A model generated the notes under the pieces. It searched no databases. It saw only the letters and a program-made list of their open reading frames with translations, and had not been told where the DNA came from. A DNA stretch of 64,000 nt from Thermoplasmata archaeon (GTDB taxonomy: Archaea > Thermoplasmatota > Thermoplasmata > RBG-16-68-12): NCBI GenBank assembly GCA_035636595.1, contig DASPYU010000016.1:193518-257517 (forward strand), read 5' to 3'. Below, one piece after another: positions 46,126 through 55,224 of the stretch; the first letter of the stretch is position 1, and every line of letters begins with the position of its first letter. The translations under genes and the position numbers were made by a program.

Positions 46126-47307
46126 TCACTTGAGCGTTCGGGTCTCCTCCGCGAATTCCGTGACCCGAATCCCACGGTCTCGGCTCGCGAGTTCTTTGAA
46201 GTACGGCAACGGATCGAACGCAATCTCCGGAGGCATGACGCCGCGTTCTTTGATCAACCCCTTCACGGCCCATTGCGCGGCGATCGACGGCGGCACGCCC
46301 GTGTCGACGACTCCCCCGCCGACGTTCCATCGCTTGTGCGGCCACGTGACCGCCTCGTAGCGCAACGTCACGGGATGGCCATCTTTCTCCCCGATCAGGA
46401 CGCAGCGCTGGATGTCGACATCGAGTTCCGGCTCCTTGGGCTTCGGCAGGTTGTCGATCGCGGTCGACGTCACGTCGTATGGACGGACCCGGATGCCTTC
46501 CACCGCCACCTCATCTCGATTCGCGAGGCCGAGTCGGACCAGGGTGGCAACGGTCTCCCGGAACGCGGCCGGGAAGGCGACGATGAAATCCATTTCCTGG
46601 ATTCCCTTGCCGATCGTCTCGGGCATTGTCGCGAGTTCCGAGTGGATCGTGTAGTAGCCTTCGACGACGCCGACGGGTGGGATGAACTCGGAGCGCTCGA
46701 GTCCGGAAAGCGCGGGGACGAACTGGATCTTCCCCTTGCGCAGGATCGGGGCGTCCATCGAGAACTCGTCGAGGATCGTGCGGATCGCATACGGGGGCAC
46801 GAACAGCCCGGGCTCGCCGCCGGAGACGACGGCGCCGCTGCTCCGCAGGAGGACCTTGTGGACGCGGTCGAGCTTGCTCGCCCCGTACATGCCGAGGACG
46901 TTCATCGTGCCGGGCGTCGATCCGATCCCGAGGACGCAGGCGACGCCGGCATCTTTCGCGCGCTTGTCGAGCTTCCGTTGGCGGAGTGTCTGGTGGTACA
47001 AGCCGCCGAGGTCGCAGTAGTGAATCCCGGCCTGGATCGCCGCTTCCGTGATCGGGACGTTCAGGTCGTACCACGCGCTGTTGATGACGCAGTCCCAGTT
47101 CCGGAACTCCCGGACGAGGGCGCCGGAATCCCTCGCGTCGATCGGCACGCCGACCGCGCGGTCGTCCTTCTGCGCCTTCGCCGCGGCCTTCGCCTTCTGC
47201 GCGTCGCGGCCCGCGATTCCGACGCGCTCGACACCCGGGCTGGACAGCAGGTCGGGGACGGTCGACTGGGCCATCGCGCCGTATCCGCCGAGGATGATAA
47301 TCTTCAC
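46126..47307 (-). CDS. saccharopine dehydrogenase-like NAD(P)-binding oxidoreductase
   Basis: MKIIILGGYGAMAQ Rossmann start plus saccharopine DH C-terminal domain. Confidence 0.8.
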   Translation of the reverse strand: MKIIILGGYGAMAQSTVPDLLSSPGVERVGIAGRDAQKAKAAAKAQKDDRAVGVPIDARDSGALVREFRNWDCVINSAWYDLNVPITEAAIQAGIHYCDLGGLYHQTLRQRKLDKRAKDAGVACVLGIGSTPGTMNVLGMYGASKLDRVHKVLLRSSGAVVSGGEPGLFVPPYAIRTILDEFSMDAPILRKGKIQFVPALSGLERSEFIPPVGVVEGYYTIHSELATMPETIGKGIQEMDFIVAFPAAFRETVATLVRLGLANRDEVAVEGIRVRPYDVTSTAIDNLPKPKEPELDVDIQRCVLIGEKDGHPVTLRYEAVTWPHKRWNVGGGVVDTGVPPSIAAQWAVKGLIKERGVMPPEIAFDPLPYFKELASRDRGIRVTEFAEETRTLK

Positions 47308-47340
47308 GAAACGGCCCCGATTCGCGGGAAGCCGCGGAGC

Positions 47341-48777
47341 TCATTTACCCTTTTCGAGCGATCCTTCGGCGTCGCCGATCGAAAGGGTCGCGAGGACCGC
47401 CGATCCGGACAGGATGAGGCCGACGCTGAGACCGAACGCGATTCCGTACCCCAGCCACTCCGCGGTGAAGCCGCCGGCGAGCGGCCCGAGGATCGATCCG
47501 AACCCTTGCACCGCGTTGTACGCGCCGAACGCCTGGGCCCGGCCTTTGACGGGTGCCAGGTGGGACACGAGCGTCGAACCCGCGACGTTGATGACGGCCC
47601 AGCACAAACCCACCCCGGAGTGGAGGACGAAGATGATCGCAAGCAAGCCGATCGCCGGCATCGGCACGAACCCCACCGCGAAGAAGGCGCCGAAGAGGGC
47701 GGACCGTCCGACGACCGCATAGAGCTGCATGGACGCGCCTTTGCGCGAGGAGATTCGTCTCCCGACGTAGGGGTACGCGGCGATCGACATCGCCTGGCTC
47801 CCGATGTACACGGCGAAGACTTCCGGACTCGAGAGCCCGTACGCTTGGGTGAGAAAAATCGGGAAGAAGCTGTAGAATGCGGTGAAGCCGCCGAAGAAGA
47901 GGAAGACGCATATCAGGTACGCACGCAGCGAAGGAGGCAGCCGCGTCTCGGGAGGCCTCGGCGTCCTCAGGTCGAAATAGTGGAGGACCCGCATCGGAAG
48001 ATAGTGTCCCCGTTCGACGCGGGGACGTGCGTACGTGCCCTCGACCTGGCTGCGGACCACCCGCTCCGTCGGCTCGTGGGTCCAGAGGAACGCGAGGAGG
48101 ACGGAGACGGCGCCGAATCCCGAGCCAATCAGGAACAACGTGCGCATCGCCGCCAGACCGGGACCGGCGACCGCGGGGCCGGACGCGAGCCAGACGACCC
48201 CGAGTCCCAAGCCCCCGACCCAGCCCACCGCACCGATGCGACTGACGAACGCGAGCCGCGACGGCCATTCCTCCCGGGCGGAGGTCTCCATGATCAGGAC
48301 GGTGCCCACGGGACCGCTCGCCGCGCCGAGGAAGCCGATGAGCAGATTCACCAGATAGAACTCGGAGAGCGTGCGGCTGGCCGCCATGAGGACGAAGCAG
48401 ATCGTGTTCCCTAGGAACCCGATCAAGAGGAAGGCCTTCCGTCGACCCAGGCGGTCGGAGAGGGAACCCCACAGCATGAACGCCGGGACCGACGCGATGC
48501 TCGTCGCGGCCGCGATGATGCCCACGTCCGACAGGCTCCCCCCGAGTCCGTACGCGAAGAGCGGAATCAAGGCGGAGGTCGCACCGCCGGCGATGCCTTG
48601 CGGGAGATACGAGTAGAACCAGTGAGAACCGTTCGCCCGCTCCAAATCCCATCCCTCGGCTCGAGCGAGGCGGTCGCACCCGTTCGCGAGTATAAGGGCT
48701 TTATGTCGAGCACAGCGGGGTTCGAACTCGAGCCGCGTTTCGCACGTACCGCGTTCTCCGGAAGCCGTCCCAGACAA
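47341..48777 (-). CDS. MFS transporter (start probably internal)
   Basis: 12 TM segments, DRLGRRK MFS motif. The first about 45 residues of the track ORF are non-membrane and probably not translated. Confidence 0.8.
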   Translation of the reverse strand: MSGTASGERGTCETRLEFEPRCARHKALILANGCDRLARAEGWDLERANGSHWFYSYLPQGIAGGATSALIPLFAYGLGGSLSDVGIIAAATSIASVPAFMLWGSLSDRLGRRKAFLLIGFLGNTICFVLMAASRTLSEFYLVNLLIGFLGAASGPVGTVLIMETSAREEWPSRLAFVSRIGAVGWVGGLGLGVVWLASGPAVAGPGLAAMRTLFLIGSGFGAVSVLLAFLWTHEPTERVVRSQVEGTYARPRVERGHYLPMRVLHYFDLRTPRPPETRLPPSLRAYLICVFLFFGGFTAFYSFFPIFLTQAYGLSSPEVFAVYIGSQAMSIAAYPYVGRRISSRKGASMQLYAVVGRSALFGAFFAVGFVPMPAIGLLAIIFVLHSGVGLCWAVINVAGSTLVSHLAPVKGRAQAFGAYNAVQGFGSILGPLAGGFTAEWLGYGIAFGLSVGLILSGSAVLATLSIGDAEGSLEKGK

Positions 48778-49860
48778 GCTTTATCGACGGGGGCGCTTGA
48801 CCCGCGTGTGGGACGACTCCACACGAATGTCGCGTTCGCTGCGGGAGCCGTCGCCGCGGTGTTCGTTTCGATTGCGATCCTCGGCGCGTACTTGGCCTCG
48901 GCGCCGTCCGAATCCGTCCTGCGGCTCGGCTATCTGCCGAACGTGACGCATGCCCAAGCCCTCTACGGCGTCTCGACCGGCGCGTACCAAACCGCCCTGG
49001 GAACTCCGTTCGCGGTCGACGCGCGGGCGTTCAACGCCGGCGGAACGGCGATGTCGGCGCTCCTGTCGAACCGCGCAGACCTCGTGTTCGTGGGTCCGTC
49101 TCCGACGCTCAACAGCCTGGCCATCGTCGGTCCGGACGTCATTCGGATTATCGCGGGCGGTGCGAGCGGAGGGGCTCTCTTCGTCATCCAATCCACGCTC
49201 AATCTGACCACGAGCGCGGACTACTCGGGGAAGAAGTTCGCGACGCCGCAGTTGGGAAACACGCAGGACCTTGCCCTGAAGCACTTCCTCCTCACGGAGG
49301 GACACCACACCGTGGATCAGGGTGGCGACGTCCAAGTGGTCAACGCCGCGAATCCGAACATCCTGACGCTCTTCCAGACTCGCCAGATCGATGGGGCTTG
49401 GGTCCCGGAACCGTGGGCCAGCCGGCTCGTCCTCGAAGCCGGCGGGAAAGTATTCTTAGACGAGAGAACCCTCTGGCCGAATGGACGCTTCGTGACGACG
49501 CAACTCGTGACGACGAAACGCTATCTTGACGTCCCCGCGCATCGGAACCTCATCAAGCGGTTTTTGGAGGCCCAGGTGAACCTGACGCTCCACCTCCAGA
49601 ACGCGACCGCCACCGACCGGGGCATCATCAACGACGCGATCGCGAATGCGACCGCGAGCCGCCTCGCCAACGGGACGATCGCGGCGGCGTTCACGAACAT
49701 GAACCTCACGTACGACCCGATCGAATCGTCGCTCGCCACGTACCTTACGTGGGCACAGGAGCTCGGACTTCTCCCGGCGGGCGTGAACACAACAGGCCTC
49801 TACGACCTGAGCCTTCTCAACGAAGTCCTCGCGAGCAAGGGATTGCCTCCGGTGACTTGA
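48703..49860 (+). CDS. ABC transporter substrate-binding protein, NitT/TauT (sulfonate/nitrate/taurine) family
   Basis: N-terminal signal/TM anchor, then SsuA/TauA-like LGYLPNVTHAQALYGVSTG core. ATG 48703. Confidence 0.8.
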   Translation: MSSTAGFELEPRFARTAFSGSRPRQALSTGALDPRVGRLHTNVAFAAGAVAAVFVSIAILGAYLASAPSESVLRLGYLPNVTHAQALYGVSTGAYQTALGTPFAVDARAFNAGGTAMSALLSNRADLVFVGPSPTLNSLAIVGPDVIRIIAGGASGGALFVIQSTLNLTTSADYSGKKFATPQLGNTQDLALKHFLLTEGHHTVDQGGDVQVVNAANPNILTLFQTRQIDGAWVPEPWASRLVLEAGGKVFLDERTLWPNGRFVTTQLVTTKRYLDVPAHRNLIKRFLEAQVNLTLHLQNATATDRGIINDAIANATASRLANGTIAAAFTNMNLTYDPIESSLATYLTWAQELGLLPAGVNTTGLYDLSLLNEVLASKGLPPVT

Positions 49861-49861
49861 G

Positions 49862-50641
49862 ATGAAAGGCGCCACATTGAAGGTGGTCTCCCTAGGGAAG
49901 ACGTTCAACGGGAAGACGGGGACTATCGCGGCGCTTCGGGACATTAACCTCGAGACGCTGCAGGGGGAGTTCATCGCGATCGTGGGCCCGTCGGGGTGCG
50001 GGAAGTCCACCCTGTTGAACATCGTCGCGGGCCTAGAGGAACCGACGACCGGCTGGGTGGAGATGGACGGAGCGCGCGTCAAAGGGCCGGGCGCGGACCG
50101 CGTCGTCGTGTTCCAGGAGGCCGCGCTGTTCCCGTGGCTCGACGTCCAGGGGAACGTGCAGTTCGGACTGAGGGTCGCGGGCGTGCCTCGGAACGAGCGT
50201 CAAGCCCGCGTCGCCGAGTTCCTCAAGATGGTCCAGCTCGAGAACTTCGCTCGAGCGCGCATCCACGAGCTGTCCGGAGGGATGAAGAACCGGGTCGGGT
50301 TGGCGCGCGCGCTCGTCCTTCGACCGAGGGTCCTCCTGATGGACGAACCGTTCGCCGCCTTGGACGTCCAGATCCGCGAGGAGATGCAGACGGTCGTCCA
50401 GGACCTTTGGCAGAGGAATCTGACGACCACCCTCTTCGTCACGCACGACGTCCGCGAGGCCGCCGTCCTCGGCGATCGGATCGTCGTCCTTTCGCACCGG
50501 CCCGGGACGGTGAGTGCGATCCTCAAGAACGAAGCCCCCCGACCGAGGACGCCGAACGATCCCGCGGTCCTCGAAATCGTCCAGCGCACCAACGAAATCA
50601 TGAAGGCGGAGGTCCAATGGGCGAATCAGAATCCGCTGTAG
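49862..50641 (+). CDS. ABC transporter ATP-binding protein (SsuB/TauB-like)
   Basis: Walker A GPSGCGKST, signature LSGGMKNRV, Walker B LLMDEPFAALD, H-loop THD. Confidence 0.92.
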   Translation: MKGATLKVVSLGKTFNGKTGTIAALRDINLETLQGEFIAIVGPSGCGKSTLLNIVAGLEEPTTGWVEMDGARVKGPGADRVVVFQEAALFPWLDVQGNVQFGLRVAGVPRNERQARVAEFLKMVQLENFARARIHELSGGMKNRVGLARALVLRPRVLLMDEPFAALDVQIREEMQTVVQDLWQRNLTTTLFVTHDVREAAVLGDRIVVLSHRPGTVSAILKNEAPRPRTPNDPAVLEIVQRTNEIMKAEVQWANQNPL

Positions 50642-51450
50642 CCACGGTGGCCGCGAGGGCGGCGGAGCGACGGGCGACCTCGCGCGATTTCGTCCATCTC
50701 ATCCCGATGGTCCTCGTCGCCGTCGGCTTCGTTGCAATCTGGGAGATCATCGTCCGGTTGCAAGTGTGGCCGCGCTACCTCTTCCCGGGGCCGACGGACG
50801 TGGTCGCCGCCTTCGTCGACCTCTGGAATCGAGCCGCGCTCACCCGCTCCATCCTCGCCACGCTGTCTCGTCTCGCCGTTGGATTCCTCCTGTCCCTGGT
50901 CCTGGGAGCCATCCTCGCCTTCCTGATGGTCCACTTCACGACGTTCGGAAAAGGGATCCAGCCCTATGTGCTGGGCCTGCAGACGTTCCCGTCCATCGCC
51001 TGGGTCCCCCTCAGTCTCGTCTGGTTCGGTTTCTCGGAAGCCGCGCTCCTGTTCGTCACGATCATCGGGTCCCTGTTCGCGGTCACCGTATCGTTCGCGG
51101 ACGCCCTGCGGACGGTGCCGCCAATCTATCTCAAGGCGGCCCGGAACATGGGATCCGACGGGATGGACCTCATCTTGCGCGTGACCGTCCCGGCGACGTT
51201 GCCGCACCTGATCTCGTCCGCGAAGGTCGGATGGTCGTTCGCGTGGCGGTCCCTCGTCGGCGCGGAGGTGATTTTCGCGACGGTGGGCCTGGGCTTCCTC
51301 GTCGAGCAGGGGAGCGAAGGCCCGAACATCGCCCAAGTCATCGCTGTCATGTTCGTGATCCTGGCCCTGGGTGTCGTGGTGGACCGCCTGGTCTTCTCCC
51401 GGACCCAAGAGTGGGTCAGCCGTCGGCGCGGTCTGCTCGCGACGCGATGA
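50617..51450 (+). CDS. ABC transporter permease (SsuC/TauC-like)
   Basis: From ATG 50617: 6 TM helices and an EAA-like loop (AARNMGSDGMDLILRVTVPATLP). The track merges it into a 484-aa frame starting at 49996. Only the part from 50617 is credible. Confidence 0.85.
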   Translation: MGESESAVATVAARAAERRATSRDFVHLIPMVLVAVGFVAIWEIIVRLQVWPRYLFPGPTDVVAAFVDLWNRAALTRSILATLSRLAVGFLLSLVLGAILAFLMVHFTTFGKGIQPYVLGLQTFPSIAWVPLSLVWFGFSEAALLFVTIIGSLFAVTVSFADALRTVPPIYLKAARNMGSDGMDLILRVTVPATLPHLISSAKVGWSFAWRSLVGAEVIFATVGLGFLVEQGSEGPNIAQVIAVMFVILALGVVVDRLVFSRTQEWVSRRRGLLATR

Positions 51451-51498
51451 ATACGTTAGCAAGGTCCGCGATGCAAATATCTGGGTCCGGGTTCGACG

Positions 51499-52308
51499 TC
51501 AGAGCAGGTCGAGGACGAGCTTCGCTGCCGCAATGAACAGGACGAGGATGAAGATGAGAGCGACCGGTCGCGTCCGAAGAGCGCGGAGGCCCCAGCGCGA
51601 ACCGACGTACGCCCCGACGAATACGACCGGGAAGAATAGCGGGATGAGGATGAAGTCCGACGGCCACACGAGTCCACCCGGGCGCAAGGCGAGATCCACC
51701 ACGTAGGTCGCGAAGCCCACGGCCGCCGTCGGGATGATCAGGAGAGACGACGTCCCGATCGCCTTTCGCGTGCGCCGGCCGAGGCCGTACACCATGAGCG
51801 GCACGTTCAGCAAGCCGCCGCCGATGCCCATGCTCCCGGAGAGGAATCCGGAACCGACCGTGGCGGCGGTGACGCTCGTCTTCCGCCGCGGTGTCATCTT
51901 CGATTCGTCGTCCTCGTCGACGTCCCTCGCGTTCTTGATCCAATCCCAGAGCATGTACGCGCCGAAGATCAGGATGACCGCGCTGAAGAACGCCTTGAAC
52001 GCCCGATCGTCCACGAGGAAGAGCAGCGTGAAGAGCGTCCCGAAGACCGCGCCGACGAGAGCGCCCGCGACGAGCGTGCCGCCGAGTCGGAAGTCGACGA
52101 GCCCTTTGCGGCGGTGGTTGATGACCGACGACGCCGCCGTTGCGATCGTAAACGTGAGGGAGATCGGCACCGCCACGTCGCTCCTCGTCACCCCGGTCGA
52201 CAGGAGAATCGGCACGAACAGCAGCCCACCACCGAGCCCGAGGTTCGCGTAGATGAACGCGACCGCGAAGATGAGGACGGCTTGGACGACCAGGAGAAAC
52301 GCGTCCAC
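51499..52308 (-). CDS. TauE/SafE family sulfite/sulfonate exporter
   Basis: 269 aa. Two 4-TM repeats with GLGGGLLFVPIL and GIGGGLLNVPLM signatures. Confidence 0.85.
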   Translation of the reverse strand: MDAFLLVVQAVLIFAVAFIYANLGLGGGLLFVPILLSTGVTRSDVAVPISLTFTIATAASSVINHRRKGLVDFRLGGTLVAGALVGAVFGTLFTLLFLVDDRAFKAFFSAVILIFGAYMLWDWIKNARDVDEDDESKMTPRRKTSVTAATVGSGFLSGSMGIGGGLLNVPLMVYGLGRRTRKAIGTSSLLIIPTAAVGFATYVVDLALRPGGLVWPSDFILIPLFFPVVFVGAYVGSRWGLRALRTRPVALIFILVLFIAAAKLVLDLL

Positions 52309-52372
52309 GCCGCGCGAAGGCCAGGGCCGTATTAATGCCTAACGCGGTTATCGGACCGGCGGCCGGAGCGAC

Positions 52373-53233
52373 ATGGTCCTGCTCGTTCGGTTCGGGGAGC
52401 TCGCGCTGAAGAGTCGATTCGTGCGGCGTCAGCTCCGCGATCGTCTCGTCGCGAATATCCAGGACCTGTTCGCCGCGGAAGGCGTTGAGTGCATCACGGA
52501 AGCCGACGAGGCGCGGGTCTACGTCCACGTCGATGATGTTTCCGGGGCCCGGGGGATCCTGGCCCGCGTGTTCGGCGTCGTGTCCGTGAGTCCGGCGATC
52601 GAGACGAAGGCGACCGTGGAGTCCCTCCGGGAGGGCGTCCTCGGGGAAGCGGCGCGGGCCCTCGGATCGGGGAAGACGTTCGCGCTCCGGACCCGGCGCG
52701 TCGGCACGCATCCATTCACGAGCCAAGACCTCGCGAAGATCCTCGGGGACGATGTCCGGCGCGCGACCCCGGACGCGCGTGTCAACTTGAACAAACCCGA
52801 CGTCGAGATTCACATCGAGGTGCGCCAGAACCGCGGCTTCGTTTTCCGGGAGATGTGGCCGGGCCCGGGGGGCTTGCCGCTCGGAAGCCAAGGACGAGCC
52901 CTCGCGCTCGTGACGGACGAGGCAGGGCTGGTTGCCGCCTGGATGGGGATGAAGCGCGGGTGTCGTGTGACGATCGCGGCGCCCGAGGATGGCGCGCTCG
53001 TCGGGCCACTCCGTCGTTGGGACGTCCGATTGAAAGTCTTGGACCTGCCCACCGCGGACGGGCTCGTAGACCTCGTCAAGATCGCACGAGCGGACGCGGT
53101 CTTCCTCGGCACCCGTTGGCCCGCCTTCGAGTCGGACCACCGTCCGCTCCTCCCCGTCCCGGTCTTCGAGCCCGTAATCGGGCTCACGCCCGACGAGATC
53201 GGCGGTCTCGCGACGCGGATTCGAGCGGCGTAA
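52373..53233 (+). CDS. ThiI-like THUMP-domain protein with degenerate PP-loop
   Basis: N-terminus MVLLVRFGELALKSRFVRRQLRDRL and THUMP region match ThiI. The position of the PP-loop SGGxDS reads LVTDEAGL, so it is probably not an adenylating enzyme. Shorter than canonical ThiI. Confidence 0.6.
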   Translation: MVLLVRFGELALKSRFVRRQLRDRLVANIQDLFAAEGVECITEADEARVYVHVDDVSGARGILARVFGVVSVSPAIETKATVESLREGVLGEAARALGSGKTFALRTRRVGTHPFTSQDLAKILGDDVRRATPDARVNLNKPDVEIHIEVRQNRGFVFREMWPGPGGLPLGSQGRALALVTDEAGLVAAWMGMKRGCRVTIAAPEDGALVGPLRRWDVRLKVLDLPTADGLVDLVKIARADAVFLGTRWPAFESDHRPLLPVPVFEPVIGLTPDEIGGLATRIRAA

Positions 53234-53896
53234 TCACTTGCCCTTGCGCTCGTGCCGCGAGATGCTGGGCCGCACCTTCTCGGCGCCTTTCCCTTTGTAC
53301 AAGAGGCCGCGTCCCTTCTTCCCCGCGGACGTGAGGCCGCGGAACGCGCGGCCGCGGTTCGCCGGATTGCAGATCCAGTTGATCTTCGGATCCGCTTGGA
53401 TCGCGGGGTGCTGCGGGTCTACGAGGATGACTTCAAAATACTTATGGCCGCCGTCCTCGCCGACCCAGTAGGAGTTGAGGACCTCCAGGTTCGGGTATCG
53501 CTTCGCGGTGCGCTCTTCCGCAATCCGCTGGATGGACTTCGCCATCGTGATCTTCACGAGGCCGCGTCGCTTCGGATGGCGACCGCCCATCGGCCTCGGG
53601 CGACGCCGGCCGCCGCGGCGGACCCGTGCCCGCACAACGACGTAACCCTGCTTCGCCCGGTAGCCAAGCTCCCGCGCGCGGTCGATCCGCGTCGGCCGCT
53701 CGATCCTCACGAACGCGTTCCCGCGCCGCCACTCGACGAGCCGTCCAAAATGCGTTTCCTTGACGACTCCGCTCCGCGGGTTCTTCCATGCCTGCTTCAC
53801 GAAGGCGTACAGGTTCCGCGGCCGCGGCGGGGCTTTCTTCCCCTCCTCGCCCGCGATCGTGAGCTCCGGTCCCGGAGCGTTTGTCTCGTCGGCCAT
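53234..53896 (-). CDS. rpl15e: 50S ribosomal protein L15e (start likely internal)
   Basis: [13 protein letters not shown]...[19 protein letters not shown]...[15 protein letters not shown] matches L15e. About 27 extra N-terminal residues in the track ORF suggest a downstream non-ATG start. Confidence 0.88.
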   Translation of the reverse strand: MADETNAPGPELTIAGEEGKKAPPRPRNLYAFVKQAWKNPRSGVVKETHFGRLVEWRRGNAFVRIERPTRIDRARELGYRAKQGYVVVRARVRRGGRRRPRPMGGRHPKRRGLVKITMAKSIQRIAEERTAKRYPNLEVLNSYWVGEDGGHKYFEVILVDPQHPAIQADPKINWICNPANRGRAFRGLTSAGKKGRGLLYKGKGAEKVRPSISRHERKGK

Positions 53897-53984
53897 GGCC
53901 TAACCCCCTGGATTTACGGATTCGCCCGAAGGTACATCTCCCGACCAGGGACGCTGAAAGCGCCGTGCCAAAGAGAGGATGGTA

Positions 53985-54401
53985 TTAAAGGGCTTCCCTT
54001 CGACGGATCCTCCGCCGGCCGTTTCCAGCGGGCATGCGAGCGCCGTGGACGTACGATTGAACGATGAGGCGCGCCGCCGATTCGACCTGGCCCATCGACC
54101 GCACGTCGAAACGTGAACGGAACCAACCCCACCCTTGCGTCTTTGGAGCGCGACGGGCGAGGCCGGCCGAATCCCGCAGGTCGCGCGGGCCGGGCAGGAT
54201 GAACACCTCGACCCGACCGCGCAGAGGTCGGATCTCCGCGAACACCCGATCCCGTTTCGTGCTCCGCCATGCGATCCAGTAGCGGCTCACCCGCTCGTCG
54301 AGGCGGTCCCGTCGCCGGGCCGTCTCGACCCGCACCCGGTGCCGCAGCGCCTCGACAATCTCCCGCGACGCATCACTCGTCCGATCGATGGCCGTCTCCA
54401 T
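53985..54401 (-). CDS. DUF5655-like domain protein
   Basis: From ATG 54401: METAIDRTSDASREIVEALRHRVRVE...RYWIAWRSTKRDRVFAEIRPLRGRVEVFI. This parallels the C-terminal half of the 5524..6063 protein. The track's 250-aa ORF extends upstream across the methyltransferase stop. Confidence 0.5.
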   Translation of the reverse strand: METAIDRTSDASREIVEALRHRVRVETARRRDRLDERVSRYWIAWRSTKRDRVFAEIRPLRGRVEVFILPGPRDLRDSAGLARRAPKTQGWGWFRSRFDVRSMGQVESAARLIVQSYVHGARMPAGNGRRRIRRREAL

Positions 54402-54403
54402 GT

Positions 54404-55153
54404 CTACCCTCCCGAAGCCCCAACGGGTTTTCGCACGATGAGGAGGAACTTGAAACCGCGGAGGAAGAAGTTGAACCGCCGGGCCCGGTGCTCCCACATC
54501 GGGGTCGCGGAGCGGTCGTTGTGCCGTACGAGGACGATCGTGTCGACGAGATCGAACGCGCCTTCGAGGCGGGCAAGCAGGCGCATCCCGACGGGCGTGT
54601 ACGTCCCGGCGCGGTACTCGTCCGCGACGATCCACGCAAGGACGCCCCGAGGGCGGAGGACACGCCGCGCCTCGGAGGCCACGCGCGACATCTCGTCGAA
54701 GAACCTCGGATCCCGACACGAGATCCTTCCGAGGCAACGCGGATCCGCGCTGTAGGCGATGTTGTCCGAATACGGCGAGTCGATCACGACGAGCGCGGCC
54801 GAGTCGTCGGTGAGAGGCAGGGCGCGGGCGTCGGCCCGGAGGATTTCCGAACGCCGTGGCGCGAGGTCAAACGAGACCGCCCGTCGACCGAGCGCGTTCG
54901 CGACGTCGCCAATTGTCCCGGAGCCGGACATCGGGTCCACGACGATTTCCCCGGGCCGGGTGTATCGGCGGACCAGGTTCTCCGCACATCGCGCGGGCGT
55001 GACTCCATTGAAGGAGGCGTCGCCCGCCTTCGGGTGGCCCGCGGATTGCGTTGGGAAGTCCCAGCACGTAGAGGCTTCGAGATCCGTCATCCCGAGCATG
55101 GCCCACGCCTCGGGGGGAAAGGCCGGGCGCGAGGACAGAGAGGCGAGGGCCAC
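54404..55153 (-). CDS. Trm11/COG1041-type SAM-dependent methyltransferase (N2-G RNA or N6/N4 DNA methylase-like)
   Basis: Motif I VVDPMSGSGTI followed about 45 residues later by motif IV VIDSPYS ((D/S)PPY-like). This order and spacing are typical of Trm11/RlmL-type methyltransferases. Confidence 0.65.
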   Translation of the reverse strand: MALASLSSRPAFPPEAWAMLGMTDLEASTCWDFPTQSAGHPKAGDASFNGVTPARCAENLVRRYTRPGEIVVDPMSGSGTIGDVANALGRRAVSFDLAPRRSEILRADARALPLTDDSAALVVIDSPYSDNIAYSADPRCLGRISCRDPRFFDEMSRVASEARRVLRPRGVLAWIVADEYRAGTYTPVGMRLLARLEGAFDLVDTIVLVRHNDRSATPMWEHRARRFNFFLRGFKFLLIVRKPVGASGG

Positions 55154-55224
55154 GATCTGGGTCTAGATCGGGATTGCATATGAACGACCCCTCCAGGGGG
55201 AGATGTGTGAAACTGAAAATCTGC

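Noticed and set aside
46273-48414. 713-aa plus-strand ORF
   Set aside because: Antisense to the saccharopine-DH-like and MFS genes. Extreme Arg/Asp/Glu composition.
49996-50616. N-terminal 207 codons of the 484-aa track ORF 49996..51450
   Set aside because: This part overlaps the ABC ATPase gene in another frame and is Arg/Gly-rich. Only the segment from ATG 50617 (the permease) is credible.
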